This document shows, piece by piece, positions 38,902 to 54,549 of a DNA stretch of 64,000 bases (position 1 is its first letter; each line of letters opens with the position of its first letter). This stretch comes from the human T2T-CHM13v2.0 reference genome, Homo sapiens: assembly GCF_009914755.1 (NCBI RefSeq), contig NC_060925.1; one strand, 5' to 3'. The notes under the pieces are model-generated. The model was not told where the DNA came from. It made no database searches and saw only the letters and a list, made by a program, of their open reading frames with translations. The translations under genes were made by a program, and so were the position numbers.

Positions 38902-39060
38902 GCCTCTCTCAAGTTGGGATACTGCAGTGTAGTCTGGAAGTTGGTGAACTTTTTCTATAAAGAGCTGGATAGTAAATGTTTTAGGCTTTGCAGGCCATGC
39001 GCCTATGGGCTGTAGTTTACTGGAACCCTAGTGTAGCCTCAATACTCAGTAACAACTGAC

Positions 39061-39355
39061 AGTCAGGCACAGTGGCTCATGTCTGTAATCCCAACACTTT
39101 AGGAGGCTGAGGTGGGCTGATCCCTTAAGGTTAGGAGCTCGAGACCAGCCTGACCAACATGGTAAAACCCAGTCTCTACTAAAAATACAAAAATAACTGA
39201 GCATGGTGGTGCGTACCTGTAATCCTAGCTACTCAGGAGGCTGAGGCAGGAGAATAGCTTGAACCCGAGAGGTGGAGTGCAGTGAGCTGAGATCATGCCA
39301 CTGCACTCCAGCTGAGGCAACAAAGCAAGACTCTGTCTCAAAAAAAAAAACAAAA
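39061..39355 (+). mobile_element. AluS
   Basis: Full dimer with A-tail. Confidence 0.9.
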
Positions 39356-42300
39356 CTAAGATTTGTTGGACATCCTAAATTAGCAGATGTATGTTAAAAG
39401 TTGTCTGTCTCTCAATACACACGTGTCTAGCTTAAGGTAGTTTCTTTAGATGATGAGAAGCTCTTAAGCCTATGATTTAATAAAAAGTAAGTAATGTGCT
39501 GCACTAACAGGCTAGAATCGGGTAATTTTACTAGAATTTACCTCACTCTTTCTGGAGGGAGGACCCATCTGAAGTGACCTGAGACCAGGTGAGGCCTTTG
39601 GGAGCTACAGAGACAGCAGGAAGGCTTTGGGCCTGCAAAGGCCTTCCCTTTACTCTTTGATGCCCTGTTTATTGCCCTGGGCCTCCGTGGATTTCATGCC
39701 ACCTTCCCAATCTTAGGAATTGTTACAACTATGATACCTGTAAAGAAGAACCTGAACTACTCTCATTAGACTTCCTCGGAGAAAGCTTTAGAGGGCACTA
39801 ATTACTAGTACTATTACAGCTTTCTTACATGCCCTGTTTTTAACCTTTATTGAGGACCATTTCCCCTCATTTGTAGGACTAATTCAGATGCAGCTATGTC
39901 TCCTTTATCATTACTGTCAGAGTGATAAGTGAGATTTTAAAATTTTGCTCCTATTCCATCAGTCATTTTCAGGACAGCAGTTTCTCAAAAGTTGCTACTA
40001 GCATAATCTGATTCAGAATATCCCCAGAGGTTTACTCCATAAATAAACATCCTAGCCCCTTAATACACCTGAACTCATCAGCTCCGCTTCCATTAAGCTC
40101 AAAATGGAATGCCTGAAGAAGACCCCAGGCACCCAGGAAGGTGAGGAGGTGGGAAAGCAGGTGGATACATTCATAAGGGAAGGAAGGACAGGCCCAAGGA
40201 AAGATTAGATCTCTCCAGGCACATAGATTATGAAAACAGAAACAAGAGAATTCTAAATGGCAGATAATTTTGTCCACACTAAGCAGGTTTAAATGAATAA
40301 TAATAGGTAGAGTAAAAAATACGAAGCTTTTTAGGAAGTTATCTGTCCAAGGTTCCACTAGGGAGCTATGATCAACTATATAGTGCCTTGTATTTGTATT
40401 GAGTCTCCTAGAATGACTGTATTTGTTCTACATTAGTGAATGAATTCTAAATAATAGAAGTCAAATGCATACTTAAGAGAATTATTTTTCTTTAAATCCA
40501 ATGAAAAGCCAAAAGCCCCGACTAGGAATTCAAACATTAGAAACATCAACATTTCAAAACTTATGACACCTCCATGTCCTTGCCTTAACTCCTCTCTCTG
40601 CCTTGAATGTCCTTTCTTTCCTCTGCCCAGTACAGTAAAGCCTAAGGTCAAGGTATCACCTGTGTTGGGATTGGCCAGTCCTTCTTGTGTCCACCACTTC
40701 TCCCACCTTTGCTCTGTCTTCTAGAATGGCCCTTGGACACATCTTTATAGTTAGGTGCCACTAATCTTTCCCTCCCACTTTGCTCCCACCCCCAAAGATC
40801 AGGGTCTGTGTTATTTATGTTATCCTTGGGGCTAGGAGACATACACTAGGCACTCAGGTTGTATGATAGTGAAAAGGTAGCCTTTCTCCACCTATGCTCC
40901 CATACTTGTTACTTTTTTCCTACTGTGCACAGACAGGGAGTCTTATGGCAGTTTGTTCACGCACTGTCTCAACTCCTAACAGCGTTCTGCTCTCTCAACA
41001 TTCCCACCTAAGTGTGGATTGGCCTCTTGTTTGCAGGAAGATAAGCAAAGCCACAGTCTTGCATTATATGGCACAGCACACACCACATACACTGCCATGT
41101 GGTCAGCAACTGGCTAGTGCAATCTGGTCTGCAAGGCCCATTGCCCTGGCTCCCAGCCTCAGACCCACCATTCCCAATGCAGGTTTTCCATACAGTTCCT
41201 CCTGCAGCCCAGCATTAATTTCCTTTTTCTCTAATTCCTGGAAATCATCCCAGTAAATTTCAATCAACCAATTAATTTGGTGTTTTATCCTGTTTGCATG
41301 TGCACTTTAGCAAGCCTCGTAATTAATACTGGCCATGAAGTTATTATTTATGATTAACTCAGTATAGTTTGCTTATTTCTATAAAAAGTCAAGCATCAGG
41401 CACTTGATCAAGAATGTGACCTTCTATTACACTATTGTCCCCATGAGTAAGTCCAACTCAATTTAAGTGATCCTCCATGAAACGTGCCTGGTTTGAAGAC
41501 AACCCTTCCATCTTCCCATCATTCTTTTCACCTTGGCTACTAACAAAAAAAAATCACTTGAACTTCAGACCGATGCTTTTCAGGCCCATCCCATGGTATC
41601 TGCCCTAATACAGAGATCCTTTGTCATCTAGTAACTAAATGCAGCCATCAAATTTTGTCCATGTTACTTTTGTTAATGTTAAGAATTTCTAATCCAATTC
41701 CTTTCTGAATATTCAGTGCCTTCTAGGACATTCTGTCCTAATTTTCCTTACACTTCTCTGTTGATCCCCACCACTTTTTCCATGGACATTTCTTTCCTCC
41801 TGACCATGGTCTCTGTGTTGGGGTTACTGCAGAGTAAGCACAAATCAGCCATGAGCAGAAATGTCTGGGAGATATGCTGTCCTAGTGTGGATTATAAATT
41901 CCTCGGTTGCTGAGCTAGCGTCCAGAATAAAGGCTCAGGAGGCACAGCTGTTATTTCAATGATTATATGTTTGGCGTGGTCAGAGAGGTTTGTGTTACAA
42001 CTTGCTGATCGTTTGTGGCTCAGACAGTCTGCTCTCAGAGCTGTCTCACTTGGGCTGATACAGGAGATCAGACCTGGCCGGAGAGAGTTTTGCCTCATTG
42101 ATTTCAGATAGGCTGCCTTCTAAGTTTCTGAAGGACTTAGGAAGGACTGGCATTATCAAGATAGCTTGTATGTTTTAAGGCACTTTCGTGATTATTTTCT
42201 TTCATTTCTCCCTCATTTGAAGAGAGTCTTCATTTGGCCAAGGGGGAAACTCAAAGCATGGTTTGCTATTCCACCACCTTTACCACTGTTTCAGCACGTT

Positions 42301-42500
42301 GCCTTATTCTCTCTCATGATTTGGATCAATTTTCCTTTTATGAAGGAAATATACTTGTATTTTATTATAAGCTGCCTCAAATCTCTTTTTTGGAGAGAGT
42401 GAGGCAGGATTTAAATATATCAGCAACTTACCCAATATTAAGGAACCACTTAGTGGCAGAATTATTACGTGGAACCTGATTGTCCTCAAGCAGCCTGGGC

Positions 42501-43590
42501 CACACACACCATACAGCTCATGCACCTCTCCTGCTCACACACCACACAGCTCACACCCCTGTCCTCCTCACACACCACACAGCCCACACCCCTCTCCTCA
42601 CACCACACAGCTCACACCCCTCTCCTCACACACCACACAGCTCACACCCCTCTCCTCCTCACACCACACAGCCCACACCCCTCTCCTCACACCACACAGC
42701 TCACACCCCTCTCCTCCTCACACACCACACAGCCCACACCCCTCCTCACACACCACACAGCTCACACCCCTCTCCTCCTCACACCACAGAGCCCACACCC
42801 CTCTCCTCACACACCACACAGCTCACACCCCTCTCCTCACACACCACACAGCTCACATCCCTCTCCTCACACACCACACAGCCCACACCCCTGTCCTCCT
42901 CACACACCACACAGCCCACACCCCTCCTCACACACCACACAGCTCACACCCCTCTCCTGCTCACACACCACACAGCCCACACCCCTCTCCTCCTCACACA
43001 CCACACAGCTCACACCCCTCTCCTCACACACCACACAGCCCACACCCCTCTCCTCACACACCAGACAGCTCACACCCCTCTCCTCCTCACACACCACACA
43101 GCTCACACCCCTCTCCTCCTCACACACCACACAGCTCACACCCCTCTCCTGCTCACACACCACACAGCTCACACCCCTCTCCTCACACACCACACAGCTC
43201 ACACCCCTCTCCTGCTCACACACCACACAGCTCACACCCCTCTCCTCACACACCACACAGCCCACACCCCTCTCCTCCTCACACACCACACAGCTCACAC
43301 CCCTCTCCTCACACACCACACAGCCCACACCCCTCTCCTCACACACCAGACAGCTCACACCCCTCTCCTCCTCACACACCACACAGCCCACACCCCTCTC
43401 CTCCTCACACACCAGACAGCTCACACCCCTCTCCTCCTCACACACCACACAGCTCACACCCCTCTCCTCACACACCACACAGCTCACACCCCTCTCCTCA
43501 CACACCACACAGCTCACACCCCTCTCCTCACACACCACACAGCTCACACCCCTCTCCTCCTCACACACCACACAGCTCACACCCCTCTCC
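42501..43590. repeat. Minisatellite/VNTR, ~35 units of 30 or 33 bp (CTCACACACCACACAGCYCACACCCCTCTC[CTC])
   Basis: Tandem array read directly; gives the periodic SHTTQLTPLS translation in the ORF track. Confidence 0.97.
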
Positions 43591-43879
43591 CGCTGCCCTT
43601 GTTTCTCCCTCTCTTTCCCTTTCCCTACTTAGGCTCAAGGATAAGGCACCTAAGGCTAGTTCACCTAGATAATTTTGCTTAATAAGGGAATTCACCTAGA
43701 TTTTAACCCTCTTTGGAATATTTTTACACCATTTTCATTTCCCTATTCTTTTTGCTTTTTAATAACTTTACTCAGTTTTTGTAATTTTCTTCTTTCAAAT
43801 AAGTCCCATTATCACAGCATTTTATAAATGATGAGATTGTTTTGTATTTTTATGAAAGACTGTTTTTCTCTTTTCTACT

Positions 43880-44060
43880 TTTTAAACCCTTTTATTTTGA
43901 AATAATTTTAGATTTGCAGAAGATTTACAAAGGTAGTACAGAGAGTTCCCATATACCCTTCACCCAGCCTCCCCCAATATTAGCATGTGACATAACTATG
44001 GTACATTTATTAAAACTAAGAAATTAACATTGGTACAGTACTATTAATTAAAGTACAGTC
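43880..44060 (-). mobile_element. L1MC-like 3'-end fragment
   Basis: tttattttgaaataattttagattt...agtacagagagttcccatatacccttcacccag. Confidence 0.65.
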
Positions 44061-44505
44061 TTTTGCCTACTTTTAAACATCTTTTTTTCTAAGGCTCCAT
44101 TTTTAAAGTAATACTGGGTTTTAAAGCAGAAAATCAGAATATTTGACATTAATACCCAAGTTATGGGGCAACAGGAATTTGAAGTCCAAAATAATTGATT
44201 TTACTTTTATATTATGCTCAAGACTTCCCAATGTATAATATATTCATAGTTAATTGCAGATAATGACATTAAGCAACTTAATAAAATACCCTTAAAGTTT
44301 TAGAAAGAGATATTAAAATATCCATCTGAATAAACATGGCATTCACAATATGTCACAAATTTAAGTATTTATTAGATACAGGAAACTTACTTAGAAGGAT
44401 TTGTTTTTAAATTTTTTGTATTAAGACATAATTTCAGACTTATGAAAAAATTGCAAGAGTAGTACAAAAAAATCCCATTTTTTTTTACCCAGATTCCCTC
44501 AGTGT

Positions 44506-44820
44506 TTTCATGTCTTTTGTAGGGACATGGATGAAGCTGGAAACCATCATTCTCAGCAAACTATCGCAAGGACAAAAAACCAAACACTGCATGTTCTCAT
44601 AGGTGGGAACTGAACAATGAGAACACATGGACACAGGAAGGGGAACATCACACACCGGGGCCTGTTGTGGGGTGGGAGGAGCGGGGAGGGATAGCATTAG
44701 GAGATATACCTAATGTGGGTGACGGGTTAATAGGTGCAGCACACCAACATGGCACATGTATACATATGTAACAAACCTGCACGTTGTGCACATGTACCCT
44801 AGAACTTAAAGTATAAAAAA
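44506..44820 (+). mobile_element. L1PA 3' end (L1PA4/5-like)
   Basis: gtagggacatggatgaagctggaaaccatcattctcagc...ccctagaacttaaagtataaaa. Confidence 0.9.
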
Positions 44821-45258
44821 ATATATATATATGTATATACAAAATTTTACTACTATTGCTTTATCCTTTCTCTCTCTGGCTCCCACAAATGAGAGGGAGA
44901 GAAAACTGTTTTAAGTTGCAGAGGTGATGCCCCTTTACCCATCATAATTCAATGTGTATTCCCTAAAGACAGAGAACTTTCTTATATAATTATAGTATAA
45001 TTGTTAAAATCAAGAAATTAACATTGATACAATATTTTTAATCTACAGCCATTATTCAGATTTTACTATATGTGGTAGACAGAATAATGCCCCCAACAAA
45101 GATGTTCACTTCTCAGTTCCTAGAATTTGTGAGTGCATTAGGTTACTGATGTAATTAAATTGTAAATCAGCTGACCTTAAAATAAAGAGATTATTTGGAC
45201 TATCTGGGTGGGCCCAATGTAATCAAAATGCTCTTCTAATAAGAAGAGGAAGACAGAA

Positions 45259-45552
45259 GCTGAGCGCGGTGGCTCACTCCTATAATCCCAGCACTTGGAG
45301 AGGCTGAGGTGGGTGGATCACCTGAGGTTAGGAGTTTGAGACCAACCTGGCCAACATGGGGAAACCCCATCTCTACTAAAATTACAAAAATTATCCAGGC
45401 GTAGTGGTGTGTGCCTGTAGCCCCGGCTACTCGGAAGTCTGAGACAGGAGAATTGCTTGAACCCGGGAGGCTGAGGGCAGTGAGCTGAGATCATGCCACT
45501 GCACGCCAGCCTGCACGACAGAGCAAGACTCCATCTCAAAAGAAAAAAAAAA
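45259..45552 (+). mobile_element. AluS, 18-bp TSD aagaagaggaagacagaa
   Basis: TSD at 45241-45258 and 45553-45570. Confidence 0.92.
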
Positions 45553-45749
45553 AAGAAGAGGAAGACAGAAAAAGACATCAGAGTGATGCAATGTAAGAAG
45601 GACTCTGCACCATTGCTGGTTTGAAGGAGGAGGAAGGGGGCACGAGCCAAGGAATGTGGGGCAGCCTCTAGGAGCTGGGAAGGGCAAGGGAATGGGTCTT
45701 CCCCAGAGCCTCCAGATAGAATGCAGCTCTGCTGACACCACGATTTTAG

Positions 45750-46118
<369 letters not shown>

Positions 46119-46671
46119 TAAGCCACTAAATTTTAGGTAATTTGTTATGACTGCCGTAGAAAACTAATATACCATTTGCCTCGATAATATCTTTTATAGC
46201 AAAAGAAGATCCAAGATCATGTGTTGTGTTCAGCTGTCTTGTCTCCTTTGTTTCTTTTAGCTCCTGATCTTTCTTTGCATTTCATGACATTGACATTTTT
46301 TTAGAATAAGGGTAGTTATTTTGAAGAATGAGCCTCGATTTTCTTTGTCTGATGTTTTCTTTTGATTAGATTCAGATTATAAGCTTTTGGCAGGGAGATC
46401 ACAGAAGTGATGCTGAATTCTTTTTAATAATACATTGACTGAATCAGGAGGCACATAAGTCATTACTGGCAATGTTAACTTTGAGATTTGATTAGGGTCG
46501 TGTCTTCCAGGTCTCCATTGTAAAGTTACTCTGTTACCTTTTGTAATAAATGTGTATTTTGTGAGAAGATATTCTGAGACTATATAAATATCCTGTTACT
46601 CCCCACATTTTTGTCCACCAGTTTTTGTATCCAGTGATGATGGCTACTAAATGGAGATTTTCTAATACATT

Positions 46672-46978
46672 TTTTGTTGTTGCTGTTTTGTTTTGTTTTG
46701 TTTTTGAGATAGAGTCTGTCGCCCAGGCTGGAGTGCAGTGGCATAATCTCGGCTCACTGCAACCTCTGCCTCCCGATTTCAAGCATTTCTCTGCTTCCGC
46801 CTCCCAAGTAGCTGGGATTACAGGCGCCCACCCCCACGCCTGGCTAATTTTTGTATTTTCAGTAGAGACGGGGTTTCGCCATCTTGGCCAGGCTGGTCTT
46901 GAACTCCTGACCTGGTGATCCACCCGCCTCGGCCCCCTAAAGTGCTGGGATTACAAGTATGAGCCACAACGCCCAGCC
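46672..46978 (-). mobile_element. AluS
   Basis: Reverse-complement Alu with (TTTTG)n tail. Confidence 0.9.
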
Positions 46979-48336
46979 TATATGTCATATATTAATTGGC
47001 ATTATGCTGGAGGTAAAGCTTTTGCTTCTCCCTTATTCATTTACTTACATATTTATATTATTTTAGATTCATGGGGTCTTATTTTATTTAATGGGGTACA
47101 ACATATTGTTCTTGATTTTTATTTTGATTTCTAATTGTCCCGTATTTGACCAGTGGGAGCACTTTTTATTTTGTTTTTAATTGACACATAATAATTGTAC
47201 ATTATTTGTGGGGTAGAGAGGGAAGTTTCGATACATGTGTACAATGTATGATGATCAAATCATGGTGTTCAGCATATTCATCACCTCAAACATTCATCAT
47301 TTCTTTGTGGTGAGAACATTCAGCCCCCTCTTTTCTAGTTATTTAGATATTTAGAAATATACACTATAATATAATTTACTAGAGTCACCCTATTGTGCTA
47401 TAGAACACCAGAACCTACTCTCATCTAACTGTAATTTTGTACTCTTAACCAATCTCTCCCCATCTGCCCCTCTTCTCTCCTCTCCCCAGATTCTGGTAAC
47501 CACAATTCTACTCTATACTTCTGTGAGATTATCTTTTTTAGATTCCACAAATGAGTGAGATCATACTGTATTTGTCTTTCTTTACCTGGCTTATTTCATT
47601 TAACACAGTGTCCTCCAGCTTCATCCATGTTGCCAAAAACGACAAGATTTCATTAGTTTTATGACTGAGTAGTATTCCATTGTGTATATACTGTATACCA
47701 CATTTTATTTATCATTTCATTCATTGCTGGATACTTTGGTTAATTCCATATCTTGGCTATTGTGAATAGTACTGCAATAAACATGGAAGTACAGATTTGT
47801 CTTTGACATACTGATTTTATTTCCTTAAAGTATAGCCCCAGGAGTGAGATTGCTGGATTATGTGGTAGTTCTATTTTCAGCTTTTGAGGAATCTCCATGC
47901 TGTTTTCCATAATGGCTATACCAATTTACGTTCCTGCCAGCAGTATGTAAGGATTCCTTTTTCTCCACATCCGCAACATCATTTGTTACGTTTTTGCCCT
48001 TTTGATAATTGCCATTCTAATTGGGGTGAAGTGATATCTCACTGTGGTTTTGGCTTGCATTTCCTTGATGATTAGTGATTAGTACATGTTTTATGTGCTT
48101 GTTGGTCATTTGTATGTCTTCTTTTGAGAAATGTCTACTCAAGTCCTTTGCCATTATAAATTGGATTACAGTTGATCCTTGAGCAATATGGGTTTGCACT
48201 GGAAACATTGGAAAATACTTTGGAGGTATGTGGCAGTTTGAAAAATCTCACAGATTAACTGCATAGTCTAGAAATATTTTTAAAATGAGGAAAAGTTAAG
48301 TATCTCATGAATGCATAAGATATATGTAGATACTAA

Positions 48337-49005
<669 letters not shown>

Positions 49006-49952
49006 TTATTTCAATTTACACGCACAAACACAGGCTGTATGTGGTGCCATTTACAGTCAAGAGAAGCATAAACAAACATAAAGATGCAGTATTAAATCAT
49101 AACTGCATAAAATTTACCCCAGTACATACTGTACTACTGTAATAATTTTATTGCCACCTCCTGTTGCTCTTGCTGTGAGCACAAGTGTTGTGAGTGTCTG
49201 CTTAAAACACCCTATGACACTAATCATCTCCACATGAACTGTTCATCTCTTCAGTAAATTGTGTATCACAGAAAAAAGTGATCTCTTGCACTTCCCACAT
49301 CTTTGTCATCATGTTTAGTGTAATACCATAAACCTTAAATAATGCCATTGGACCCATATGAACTGCCACTAATGATACTGGAAGTGCTCCCAAGAAGCAA
49401 AGAAAAGTCATGATGTTACAAGAGAAAGTTGAATTGCTTGACATGTACTGTAGATCGAAGTCTGCAGCTGTAGTTGCTACCATTTCAGATAGATGATTCA
49501 TCTTATAAACAGATTATGTAAATTTATGGTATTCATAAATACAGTACAGTATTATAAATGTGCTTTTTCTTCCTTAGGATTTTCTTAATAATGTTTTATT
49601 TTTCTCTAGCGTACTCTATTGTAATCATAGAGGATATGTAACATACAAAATGTGTTAATTCACTGTTTATGTTATCATTCAGGATTTCAGTCAATAGTAG
49701 GCTATTAGTAGTTAAGTTTGGAGGGAGTCAGAAGTTAAATGCAAATTTTTGGCTGCATGGGGGTCAGCACCCCTAACTCCTGCATTGTTTAAGGGTCAGC
49801 CATATTTGCTTTTTTGGTATTGAGTTGTTTGAGTTCCTTGTAATTTCTGAATATTAACCCCTTGTCAGATGCATATTTTTCAAAGTTTTCCTCCCATTCT
49901 GTAGGTTGTCTCTTCAATCTGCTAATTATTTCCTTTTGCTGGGAGTATCTTT

Positions 49953-50046
49953 TTTTTTTTTTTTTTTTTTTTTTTGAGACAGAGTCTCGCTCTGTCGCCC
50001 AGGCTGGAGTGCAGTGGTGCGATCTCAGCTCACTGCAATCTCCGCC
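49953..50046 (-). mobile_element. 5'-truncated Alu (~95 bp) with TSD tgctgggagtatcttt
   Basis: TSD at 49937-49952 and 50047-50062. Confidence 0.88.
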
Positions 50047-50540
50047 TGCTGGGAGTATCTTTAGACTGGCTCCTGTGATCCTCTGATACATCCCCGTCAT
50101 TCTTTGAGTGTTGTTTTACTTTCGGTATATCAAGACATTTCAGGCTAATCTTGTACCTTCCTTGCCTTAGTCCTGGAATCAGCTGTTTCGACAAGAAGCA
50201 AACATAGGTTTCTTTAATTCTCAAAATGCCATTGACCAAGAGCAACAAAAATAACAAAAAATAGGTTGCTCAAATGGATGTAAAACTCTCAAAAGTGATG
50301 CTGAAATGTTAAGCAAATAGCTCATTAGACTAATTGGCTTTAGGGGACATGGCCTTTTCTTTCCCTATAGATGATTGCTTTTTAAAAATGCATTATCAAC
50401 AAATACTTTTGGAACACCTATGGCTCTTGTAGCCTACCCTACTGGTACCTATGGGTTTTACACTGTGACAAAGACAATTTTTTTCTATTTCATGAAACAA
50501 GACAAGAAGGCAGCAAAAAATAAAACATGAAAAACAGTAG

Positions 50541-50898
50541 AGTAGTCACCCCCTTATCCACAAGGGATATGTTCCAAGACCCACAGTGGATGCCTGAAAC
50601 CATAGATAGTACCAAACACTATTATATACTATATTTGCAATTTGCTGAGATGGCTACTTCGTGACAAAGGGGCAGGGTAGCATATACGATGTGGGTATAC
50701 TATACGAGGGGATGATGCATGTACTGGGTGGGACGAAGCAGGATGGCACGAGATTTTATCACGCTACTCAGAACAACACACAACTTAAAATGAATTATTT
50801 ACTTCTGGAATTTTCCATGTAATATTTTTGTAGCATGATTGTCTGCAAGTTAACTGAAACCACAGAAAGCAAGCCCATGGATAAGTGGAGACTACTGT
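50541..50898. mobile_element. MER44-like (Tigger-derived) MITE
   Basis: TIRs agtagtcaccccttatcc / ggataagtggagactactg+ta. Confidence 0.7.
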
Positions 50899-51360
50899 AT
50901 ACCAAAAATAGAGGAAAATGTATTTTCATAAAATAGAAATACATGAGCATGTTAATTTAAAAATGCACAGGGAAATATATCTATATTTATGTCTATCTAA
51001 TCAATGTGTATATAATGAATGTTCAAGACTGTTCATTATGAGAAGTCTTTCAAGGACAAATTGTATTTGTATGAAAGGGTATATTTTTAGCTGTGTTGGA
51101 GAGAATATAATCTAGAAAATGAGCTTGGGGACATTGATCCAGATATGAAAATGCATGGACAGAGATTCAGTGATATGCCACTGAGAAGTTGAGTTTTTCT
51201 GGTTTTCCTCTCATCCATTCCTCTCTGTGTATTGATGTCCTGGAGACCAAGCCCTGTGGTCTGTATTCCCAGAGAGAACTCATGCTCCCTATGCTCATTG
51301 TCCATGTTCTAGTTTTTGGCTGATCATGTTGGCCACTCTTGTAATGTGATGTTGTTCTCA

Positions 51361-51724
<364 letters not shown>

Positions 51725-51984
51725 TTATTTCAAGCTCTCGTTGCTTATTTGAGGCTTTAAAGTGCCTAGTCATTAATCAGGGCCCAGAGTATAAAGATCT
51801 TACCATGTTGACATCAAAAGCATACCAATGGTAGTCTACTGGTGTCTTACTAAATTCTAAGGAAGGTCTGTCAAAAACTATTGAGGGCTTTATTATGCTC
51901 TTGCACTGAGCTTTATGAGGGTTGAATAGGTAATAAGACCAAGTTTGTATTTGCACAGGATTGTGGACTGCAGAACATCTCCAA

Positions 51985-52150
51985 GAGTGGTGGTTCTCAA
52001 AGTGAAGCTCTGGGCCCAGCAACATCTGTCTTGCCCGGGAACCTCTTAGAAATGCATTGTCAAACCCCACCCTAGACCGACTGAATCAGACAGTAGGGGT
52101 GGAAGGATTCAGAACAGTCTGGGTTTAATAAGCCCCTCACCTAAGTGATT
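51985..52150. mobile_element. MER5A-like
   Basis: gtggttctcaaagtg...ttagaaatgca...actgaatcaga. Confidence 0.7.
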
Positions 52151-52591
52151 CATCACATCTAATATATCTAGTAACTAGTGTACTGGTTCTTAACAATTTT
52201 CCCCCTGGTGTTAGCTTTCACCATTTGTATATCCTATGTGTCTGCATGTTGAACTCAACCAGACATTATCTTTACTTTCAGCTGCCCTTGCTAGGAAACA
52301 GGTTGCAACCTCTTTGAATTAGGAAGAGAGAAGTTCAGAATGTGTCTGTGCTCATCACAGAGTTAGAAACAATGAATGTTAACTCTTCTCTGAGTTTCTT
52401 AAGAAACTGAGATACTCTAAGCATTGTATAAACATTGACTTGGTTAATTAATCAAGATGTTCCATCTATGGAAGACAAAAGCCTTCTGAAAAACTAGGTG
52501 GAGACTGATACGACTGATACTGATTTTTAAAAACTTAACATAAGTATTTTAGTTCCCCATCAGTTTCTCTACTTTTCACACGATTTTCTAA

Positions 52592-52765
<174 letters not shown>

Positions 52766-53604
52766 TAGATGTGAACAGGCTGAGAGATGGTGGAATGGGC
52801 TGGGCTTCCTGGGGTTCATCATTACTCTCTACTGCTAGGACTTGGCACGTTTGTTCTGCATGGTTCCATGAACATAAAATAAAAGCGAGCCAAGTCTTTT
52901 AATGTGGGAGATGCATTTGAAATCAGACAACCAGTAAATATACCAAAAGACATCAAAACAAGTTCAAGTAAACCTTAGGCCCTACTGAGTGGCAGCCACC
53001 GTTCATGGACAATTTAGGTGTGTGATCTCAGGTTAAATCTCTCAATCTTGCCTGTGTTTCCTGTAAATGGGAACAACACTACCTTATAAAGTACTTCACA
53101 TAAATGGGTAAGTATATGAAACAATATACAAAATTTAGTATAGTCATGGCAAACAAAGTTTTTGTGGGGCCTGAAGCTTGTACAATTTGGGAGTCCTCTT
53201 TAAAAAAAAAAAAAGAATATAGGATTTCAAAAGCAAGCACAGGGCTGGGAAGGGGTCCCTGAGCCCTGCTCTCCTCGCACAGGAAATCCACCTTTGTGCA
53301 GTTACTCTGTTTATTTTAAGCCAGGGGAGAGCAGAGCAATTGCTTCCTTCATGTGGAGGTGTCCATCAGTGGCTCCGTCACTGGGCGTGTGCATGACTGT
53401 ACTTCCCTCTGCCGCAGACACCTCAGCCACCGTCTAGCCAGGCAAACCTGTTTGGTGTGCTCACTGCATGATGAAGGCGGGTGTGGCTCCCAGTGGGAGT
53501 GTCCCGCCTCCAGAACATGGCCAGAGGCTACAGAATCAGACTTTTGCCAAAGGAAGAAAGAGCGCCTGAAGCATGTGTTCACCGGGCAACTATGAATGGC
53601 TTGA

Positions 53605-53986
<382 letters not shown>

Positions 53987-54231
53987 AAGATCACTTCTTA
54001 AAAGAGAATTCCATCTGCCTCCACCCGCGCATCACATTGCATATCAGAAATGGTAGTTTTGGGGTTGCCCTCAGACCCGAGCCTGCTCCAAACAGAACAC
54101 AAACTGAACAGCAAGAACATAGACCTCGACTTTTCAGCCAGGACTTGGTGCTAGCTTTATTTTTATGAAAACAAAACAAAACAGCAACAACAACCAAAAC
54201 AATGCTATTTCATTGAGTTGAAAGATCTAAA

Positions 54232-54232
<1 letters not shown>

Positions 54233-54262
<30 letters not shown>

Positions 54263-54542
54263 GAGACTGAGTCTTGCTCTGTCGCTCAGGCTGGAGTGCA
54301 GTGGCGCAATCCCAGCCGACTGCAACCTCTGTCTCCCAGGTTCAAGTGATTCTCCTGCCTCAGCCTCCTGAGTAGCTGGGACTACAGGAACCCGCCACCA
54401 TGCCTGGCTAATTTTTGTATTTTTAGTAGAGACGGGGTTTCACCGTGTTAGCCAGGATGGTCTTGATCTCCTGACCTCGTGATCGGCCCACCTTGGCCTC
54501 CCAAAGTGCTGGGATTACCGGAGTGAGCCACCGCGCCCAGCC
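54233..54542 (-). mobile_element. AluSc/Y
   Basis: Long poly-T plus reverse-complement Alu. Confidence 0.92.
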
Positions 54543-54549
54543 AGGGGAG

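Noticed and set aside
42501-43590. CRISPR-like periodic repeat
   Set aside because: The units are contiguous with no unique spacers, and the DNA is mammalian
42469-43682. The longest ORFs in the window (387 aa, 400 aa and 226 aa; His/Thr/Pro-rich or CVVCEE repeats)
   Set aside because: They arise from a stop-free minisatellite that is open in several frames on both strands, with non-ATG starts and no splice or promoter context
49380-49500. Transposase-like peptide PKKQRKVMMLQEKVELLDMY
   Set aside because: Short decayed Tigger2 remnant with no intact reading frame, so not a domesticated gene
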